IMG/VR virus record: IMGVR_UViG_3300017766_004362
Coordinates: 1 to 48,808 of that record
DNA: 48,808 bases
Direction: 5' to 3' (one strand)
Source of the DNA: a virus
Taxonomy: Duplodnaviria; Caudoviricetes
Shown: in pieces, positions 43,526-48,808 of the stretch
How the letters are laid out: each line of letters opens with the position of its first letter
How positions within the stretch are numbered: position 1 is the stretch's first letter
Made by a program: the position numbers and the translations under genes
Notes under the pieces: model-generated
Databases searched by the model: none
The model's input: only the letters and a program-made list of their open reading frames with translations
What the model was told of the DNA's origin: nothing

Positions 43526-45640
43526 TTAGCGCGGAGGAACCATTCCCCCGCCGTTGACCGGATTCCACGTCTGTCCCGTGGCCGGATTCTTGGGCATCTC
43601 GGGCAACTTCGCTTGTCCCGCGGGCGTGGGGCCGAGCGCGGCCATGTCCGCCGGTATCTCGCCGGTCGGAGCACCGGGCGGCATCGCCATCGGCGCGGGC
43701 GGCGGCATCGACCCGCCGGACAGGTCCGGGGCCATGACCACGCCGGGGGTCGGAACGGGCTCGGGCGGGACCGGACGACCGCAGAGCATGAGCATCCGCT
43801 GCCGGTAGAGCGGGTCCGTAGGCACCAGTTCCAGCGGCACGCCGTAGAACAGCGAGTAGTGCTCCTGCATGTGCTCGCGGTAGGCCCGCAGCACGTTCGG
43901 GTCCCGGCGGGCCGCGGGCGAGGCGACCGCCGCCGTGTGCTCCTTGCCGTGGAGCGGGTGGTCGTCCGAGAGCAGGACCACGGGCGTCTCCCCGCGGACC
44001 ATGTCTTGGTTCTCCTTGAGGATGTTGACCAGTTCTTCCTGCGTGCCCTTGACGAGCGGCTCAAGGCGTCCGGTTTCCAGCACCTCGAGCACCTCCTGCG
44101 GGGTCTTGATGACGCTCATCTGCACGAGCTGCATCGCCAACTCGAACCGGCCGGCCGCGGTCTGCGACACGGGGTTGCCGAGTTCGACGACCACCTGGTC
44201 GATGCTCTGAATCGAGTCCTTCGTGATCTCCGTCTCGCGAATGAGGTCCATGCGAGACTTGCCCACGAGGCCGATCTTGAGCGGCAGCGCCGCCCTCGAC
44301 CGGATGATGCGGAGGATGGCCGTGCCGGCGTTCACGAGCGCGTTGAGGTAGTTGCGCTGGAGTACCGAGGCTTGCTGGATGGCCTGGCTCTGGAGAAGGG
44401 CGAGGGCCGCGCCGGACTCCTTGCCGGTCTGCATCTGCCCACGGACCACGTTGTTGAGGCCCATGAGCAGTTCCTCGTGGACCTTGAGGTCCTCGAGATA
44501 CTTGTAGGCTTCCTGCGGGGACTTCGTGAGCTGGAGCGGCTGCGGGGGCTGCGACCCGGGGCGGTAGTAGATGATCCGCATCCCGCCGCCCAAATCGTCG
44601 GGGCTGACGGGCGAGCCTTCTTCAACCGCCAAGGACTGCGTGCCGAAGGTCGTGATGTTCGTCGTGATGGAACTGTTGATGCTGTCCATGACCTCCTGAA
44701 TCCCGAGGATCTCGAAGTACGGGGTGTACCCGTAGGGCGTGCCCTGAAGCTCCGCGCAAGTGATCCGCTGAAGAGGGATCACGCCGTAGGGAAGGATGGA
44801 GTCTTCGAGCACGTCGCCGGAAGAGACGAACTTGACCATCCGTCCGAGCGGGAGCGAGGCGCAAGGCTTGTGGTAGAAGTAGTAGAGCGGGACGTCGTCG
44901 GTCGAGACCTTGAGCGCGTAGCCCGCGTCGCCTCGCACCGGAAGCTCGGGCGGAACGTCCGCGATTTCCTTTGCCTTCTCGGGGTACTGCACCGAGAGGT
45001 CCCACTTGTTCTTGAACAGCCGCACGATGAGCCACTGGCACTCGTTGAAGTCGGTCTTGTACGGGTCCCGGATGACGTCCCACGGGGCCACGTTCGCGAA
45101 CCGCACGTCGCCGGTCTTGACGATGTCCGCCGGGTTTTCGGGGTCGACCGAGTACTCGTCGCCGAGGTGCGGGTCCCACTCCTCGTGGATGAAGCCCTCG
45201 GACAGCGCGATGGCCGACTCGACGGCCTTCGTCGCGTAGGTCGAGAACTGCCGGTTGTGCCAGTAGTGCTCGAGGATGGCCCTCGCCGCCTCGACCTGAC
45301 GCACCGCGTCGTAGTCCATCGTGCTTGCGCGCGGGTTCCAGACGAACTGCGGGGCCACGATGAGGTTCAGGAGCGTCTGGACGAGCGAGCGGGAGTGATT
45401 GATGCGGATCTCGGCCAGCTCGCCCTGCACGCCGCCGCGAGCGACGTGGCCCGTGGCGTGGAAGCCCATGGGATCGTAGCCGTAGTAGTAGCGCCAGGCG
45501 TGAGCCATGCGGCCGTCGATCTGCTGCACGCCCGTGTCGTAACGATACTGCTGGACTTTCTCGACGAGCTTCGGTCCGAGTTCCTCAGCGTTCTCGGTCG
45601 CGAAGTAGCGAACGTCGTTGTCCCACAAATTCTGCGGCAT
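43526..45640 (-). CDS. Portal protein (podovirus type)
   Basis: ~704 aa directly after the terminase; VIRDPY, GTPYG and ESGAALALL; Pro-rich tail; GAGG RBS at ATG 45640. Confidence 0.85.
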   Translation of the reverse strand: MPQNLWDNDVRYFATENAEELGPKLVEKVQQYRYDTGVQQIDGRMAHAWRYYYGYDPMGFHATGHVARGGVQGELAEIRINHSRSLVQTLLNLIVAPQFVWNPRASTMDYDAVRQVEAARAILEHYWHNRQFSTYATKAVESAIALSEGFIHEEWDPHLGDEYSVDPENPADIVKTGDVRFANVAPWDVIRDPYKTDFNECQWLIVRLFKNKWDLSVQYPEKAKEIADVPPELPVRGDAGYALKVSTDDVPLYYFYHKPCASLPLGRMVKFVSSGDVLEDSILPYGVIPLQRITCAELQGTPYGYTPYFEILGIQEVMDSINSSITTNITTFGTQSLAVEEGSPVSPDDLGGGMRIIYYRPGSQPPQPLQLTKSPQEAYKYLEDLKVHEELLMGLNNVVRGQMQTGKESGAALALLQSQAIQQASVLQRNYLNALVNAGTAILRIIRSRAALPLKIGLVGKSRMDLIRETEITKDSIQSIDQVVVELGNPVSQTAAGRFELAMQLVQMSVIKTPQEVLEVLETGRLEPLVKGTQEELVNILKENQDMVRGETPVVLLSDDHPLHGKEHTAAVASPAARRDPNVLRAYREHMQEHYSLFYGVPLELVPTDPLYRQRMLMLCGRPVPPEPVPTPGVVMAPDLSGGSMPPPAPMAMPPGAPTGEIPADMAALGPTPAGQAKLPEMPKNPATGQTWNPVNGGGMVPPR

Positions 45641-45688
45641 TTTGACCTCTGGAGCCGTCAACGACCCCAACGGGTCTGGTTGCGGGGC

Positions 45689-47242
45689 CTACCGGCCCCA
45701 ACGGGTCTTGTTCAGACGTGCGGATCGGGCCACTCTACGCGAAAAAGGCGTGTCCGACATGAGTCCGAGGCCGACTTTCGACGATTGATGCCGCGGAGAC
45801 TCGAAGGTCGAGGGGCCACGGGTGAATCCGTAGCCCTCGGGGAAGGGATTGTGGTGCCGGTTCACGCCCCGGCAGAGGTATTTGAGCGCGGCCACGAGGT
45901 CGAAGTGCCCGTCCGGTGACTTCGTGCCGGCACGGGCGAAATCCGTGGCCTTGTTGTTCCAGATGGCGTTCTTCATCTGACGGATCAGGTGCACGCAGCG
46001 CGGGTTGATCTCGAGTTCGCGACTCTGCACCATGTTCCGCACGAGATTGATGGCTCCGAGCGAGTCCTGCTTCTCGGAGGCGCGGAACTGGATGCGGTGA
46101 AGCTGCCACAAGTCCGCGATGAGGCGAGGGTCCACGTCGCTGACGCGGGCGTAAGGCTCCTGCGCGGACCAGTTATGCCGCTCCTTCCGCACGATCTCCG
46201 CGGCGATGTCGCTCGTGCTCGGGCGATGGAGGAGGCTTTCGTCCTCGATGACGAGCCGTGCGCGTCGGAAGTCCCAGTACCCGTAGAGGATGGCCGTCCG
46301 GTCCTGGAATCCGGGGTCCATGGCGACGTAGGCGTCGAAGTGCGCGGGACGGGAGGACGACTTCACGATTTCCTGAGACGCTTCCGCAGTGAACTCGGGG
46401 AGGACGGCACTGGCCGCGTCGGTCACGAACTCACAAAAATACTCTCGCAGGGCCGTCGTGGTGGTCGGGGCCGCTGTCCCTTCGACAATGGCGTCGGCGA
46501 GCCCTTCGGGCTCACCGGCCTCGCGCAGGAACTCCGCCTTCACCTCGTTCGGCACACGGGGATTGTCGAGAATCGTGAACTTTACGGCGGCGTTCCGACC
46601 CGCCAAGTCCTCGTAGATGGCGACCGAGTCGTGGCCCGGGGAGCGGGAAGGCGTCGTCGCGAGCAGCACCCGTCCGTTCGTCGTCAGCGTCATGGGCATG
46701 ACGACGCTCGAGACGACGTAGGCGAGGTCGTCCATCGTCCCGCACTCGTCCAAGATGACCAAGTCCGCTGCACCGCCGCGCAGGTTCTCGGCGTGCTCGC
46801 CGTTCACGCCCTTGAACCGGATCGTGCTCCCGTTCTTGAACGAGTAGACCTTCTGCTGCTTGTCGTAGTCGGGCCTCAATGCCGGTGGGCAATCCGGCAG
46901 GAGGTGCCCGTCCACGATGTCCGTCACGATGTCCGCGGCGTCCTTGCCGGTCGGAGCGAGGTACAGCACGCGGCTCAGGGGCTTCTTGAGCGCCGTCTCA
47001 AACGCCTCAAGCACCAACGTAAAGCTCTTGCCTAGACGCCGCGAGCAGAGGAGGAAGAACTTCCTCTCCGTGGCCGCGCCGATGGAGTCTTTGATCTTGC
47101 GCTGCGTGGCGTCAAGCTTGTACGCGAGGTTGCCCCGCGACCACAGGGCCGTTGCGGCACGACGCGCCAGTTCCGCATGGACGAGGGCCGGGTCGATGGT
47201 GCTCGGGTCGAGGGTCAATCGTCCTCCGGTGGTTCGGGCCAT
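45689..47242 (-). CDS. terL: Terminase large subunit
   Basis: Walker A SRRLGKS, ENLRGG, Walker B VILDECG, LATTP, REYFCEF; nuclease MDPG and HFDLVAALKY. Confidence 0.93.
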   Translation of the reverse strand: MARTTGGRLTLDPSTIDPALVHAELARRAATALWSRGNLAYKLDATQRKIKDSIGAATERKFFLLCSRRLGKSFTLVLEAFETALKKPLSRVLYLAPTGKDAADIVTDIVDGHLLPDCPPALRPDYDKQQKVYSFKNGSTIRFKGVNGEHAENLRGGAADLVILDECGTMDDLAYVVSSVVMPMTLTTNGRVLLATTPSRSPGHDSVAIYEDLAGRNAAVKFTILDNPRVPNEVKAEFLREAGEPEGLADAIVEGTAAPTTTTALREYFCEFVTDAASAVLPEFTAEASQEIVKSSSRPAHFDAYVAMDPGFQDRTAILYGYWDFRRARLVIEDESLLHRPSTSDIAAEIVRKERHNWSAQEPYARVSDVDPRLIADLWQLHRIQFRASEKQDSLGAINLVRNMVQSRELEINPRCVHLIRQMKNAIWNNKATDFARAGTKSPDGHFDLVAALKYLCRGVNRHHNPFPEGYGFTRGPSTFESPRHQSSKVGLGLMSDTPFSRRVARSARLNKTRWGR

Positions 47243-47307
47243 GCCGCGACGACGAGGGCGATGACGAGCAGGACCGTCAAGACCTTGACGAACTCGACGT
47301 GCATCAT
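47215..47307 (-). CDS. 30-aa hydrophobic peptide
   Basis: ATGA-coupled to the upstream ORF; FVKVLTVLLVIALVVAAW. Confidence 0.4.
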   Translation of the reverse strand: MMHVEFVKVLTVLLVIALVVAAWPEPPEDD

Positions 47308-47573
47308 CGTGCTCGCTTCTGCGTTCGCGCCTTTGGCGCGACCGGCGCTTTCGCTCGTGGCGCGGTCGGGGTCTTCGGCGCGACGGGCCGGTTCAACACC
47401 GTGCCCTTCGTGATAGGGGCCGGTTCGCACTGCACCCGGTACACCTCGAACTTCGGGCCGGGGAAGGTCTTGAGCCTTGAGGCATGGGCCGCGTCAAGCG
47501 TCCGGTGAGGGCCGTCCCAGCACTCGGGCTCGCCACTCGTCATCGCACAGACCCAGTACTCAATCGGCTTCAT
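47304..47573 (-). CDS. Hypothetical protein
   Basis: ATGA-coupled; GGGAG upstream. Confidence 0.55.
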   Translation of the reverse strand: MKPIEYWVCAMTSGEPECWDGPHRTLDAAHASRLKTFPGPKFEVYRVQCEPAPITKGTVLNRPVAPKTPTAPRAKAPVAPKARTQKRAR

Positions 47574-47734
47574 GGCTTCCGCGCTCCCGGCAACGAGCCC
47601 TTGAGGGGCCTCGGCGGTTTCTCCACCGCGTGCAACTTGTTCCAGCACGTCGTGCAGATCCCGCGCTCGCGGTGCTTGGGTGCGAGCGTGTTGCCGTCAC
47701 ACGCCGCCTGCGACTGACAGATCGGCGTGCTCAT
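47570..47734 (-). CDS. Small Cys-containing (Zn-ribbon-like) protein
   Basis: C-x5-C...CTTC; coupled overlaps. Confidence 0.45.
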   Translation of the reverse strand: MSTPICQSQAACDGNTLAPKHRERGICTTCWNKLHAVEKPPRPLKGSLPGARKP

Positions 47735-47810
47735 GCGGCGTCGCCAGTTGGGATTGCGGCTGAGCCAGTCGGGCGAGGGCATGGGCAAGTCCTAGCACGG
47801 GTCGGTGCCA

Positions 47811-47912
47811 CGTTGTTCCAAACCGTTTCACGTCGTTCCAGACCGTTCCAGACCGTTTTAGACCAAGGCGACCGACTCCCGACCGTTCCAGACCGAGGCG
47901 ACCGACTCCCGA
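47811..47912. repeat. 10-bp-periodic degenerate repeat (GACCGTTCCA) including a near-exact 30-bp duplication
   Basis: Units in register at 47811, 47821, 47831, 47841, 47851 and 47881; 47851-47880 approximately equals 47881-47910. Confidence 0.85.
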
Positions 47913-47942
47913 TATTGGTCAAAGAGGTGGGTGGAAAAAATT

Positions 47943-48641
47943 TCACTGGGGCTCTGTGCCAGCGCGCGGAGGGCGGAGGGGGTCGGACCCCCCCTCCCCT
48001 ACCACTACAGGTAGTGGGTCGGCTGTCGCCGACCCACTACCCATAGCGTCGTCCGACGATACCGTGCGTCGCACGGTAGGACCTGGGACGACGACCCGTC
48101 GGCGCGGTCGGACGGGCGCCGGGAGGGGTGCGACGGGCGCCGGTGTCACGAGACCGTCCGGTCCCGATACAGAATCGAGTCGCGGTACAGAGACAAGCGG
48201 GGCTTCGAGGGCCTCTGGCGGAGGCTCCGGTAGCAGCTCCGTGCCGAGTAGCGCCACACTCGCCGCGCCTAGTGCGTGTGCCGCACGGGCTGCGAGCGGG
48301 GGCACGGGCACCACGGGCGACGGGCCAAGAGTCTGTGCGAGACGTTCCAGCTCTGCGTCTGCCAGGGCCGACAGGGCTTCGCTCCCTGACGCGTCGGCCT
48401 GGAGCGTGAGCGTCGTTTCGACGGCCCTACCAAATCCGCGGTCCAGGAGAATCGACCCGGCGCTGATTCGGTCTCGCGCCGCGGCGTCAGGGTCGAAGGC
48501 GATGCCGGCGAGCATTTCCACGAGCGCGTCGCCGTTCCGTGTGCGTTCGCGCACGAGCTGCGCTAGGCCCTTGGTTGGGCCGTACGTGCCGCGCGCTGTA
48601 CTAGACGCCGTCCATATTGTGGGTTGTGGGTTCTGTGGCAA
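47943..48641 (-). CDS. Terminase small subunit-like protein with low-complexity C-terminus
   Basis: GPTKGLAQLVRERT...LVEMLAGIA...DRISAGSILLDRGFGRA resembles phage TerS-like proteins; upstream of terL; TTG start with GAGG. Confidence 0.6.
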   Translation of the reverse strand: MPQNPQPTIWTASSTARGTYGPTKGLAQLVRERTRNGDALVEMLAGIAFDPDAAARDRISAGSILLDRGFGRAVETTLTLQADASGSEALSALADAELERLAQTLGPSPVVPVPPLAARAAHALGAASVALLGTELLPEPPPEALEAPLVSVPRLDSVSGPDGLVTPAPVAPLPAPVRPRRRVVVPGPTVRRTVSSDDAMGSGSATADPLPVVVGEGGSDPLRPPRAGTEPQ

Positions 48642-48730
48642 TCTGCCTCACTGTGGCAAGCGCTGTGTGGCAATTTGCCTCACTTTGACAAATTGTCCGA
48701 CTCCCGTCAAGCACCAGTGACAAAATGTCA
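48636..48730. promoter_or_regulatory. Four operator-like TG(G/A)CA-N3-TG(C/T)C sites
   Basis: TGGCAATCTGCCT 48636, TGGCAATTTGCCT 48668, TGACAAATTGTCC 48686 and TGACAAAATGTCA 48718. Confidence 0.55.
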
Positions 48731-48744
48731 AAACGGCCGGAACA

Positions 48745-48808
48745 CTCGACCTCGACCTCGACCTCGACCTCGACCTCGACCTCGACCTCGACCTCGACCT
48801 CGACCTCG
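48745..48808. repeat. (CTCGAC)n hexamer tandem repeat running off the contig end
   Basis: About 10.7 perfect copies. Confidence 0.95.

Noticed and set aside
45665-45708. 13-bp direct repeat CCCCAACGGGTCT at the terL/portal junction
   Set aside because: Only two copies, one within the terL coding end; no evidence of function
43457-45919. Long antisense ORFs (also 3023..4870, 10898..12508, 40929..42221 and others)
   Set aside because: They are shadows of real genes in high-GC3 DNA, with no RBS and no recognisable motifs
1-48808. Stop-codon reassignment
   Set aside because: Conserved genes are intact in the standard code, and TAG and TGA both end genes at sensible, often coupled, boundaries

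Overview
The window looks like a near-complete, GC-rich dsDNA tailed phage genome of podovirus type (portal, scaffold, major capsid, tubular-tail-like and ejection-type proteins, no tape measure). It is bounded by tandem repeats at both ends. The + arm (2.36-21.6 kb) is the replication and nucleotide-metabolism arm: an iteron-rich origin-like region, AEP-type primase, SF3 helicase, Cas4-like nuclease, SF2 helicase, PAP2 phosphatase, ThyX, SSB-like protein, family-A polymerase, TGT/DpdA-like transglycosylase, QueD, beta sliding clamp, C5 methyltransferase, RuvC-like resolvase, serine recombinase and thymidine kinase. The - arm (48.6-21.6 kb) covers packaging, morphogenesis and lysis. The best candidate for an undescribed system is the translationally coupled polA - TGT-like - queD - dnaN - C5-MTase - ruvC block. 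The TGT-like enzyme ends in a beta-clamp-binding-like motif (QLSMF), and an overprinted +1-frame ORF inside the MTase starts with a QxxLxF motif, suggesting DNA-modifying enzymes tethered to a phage-encoded clamp. Other notable signals are a structured RNA leader of the capsid gene, two repeated cis-motifs, apparent avoidance of several 6-bp palindromes, and a GTA-like head-spike cluster ending in an autotransporter-repeat protein. All calls come from motif recognition by eye; no database search was run.
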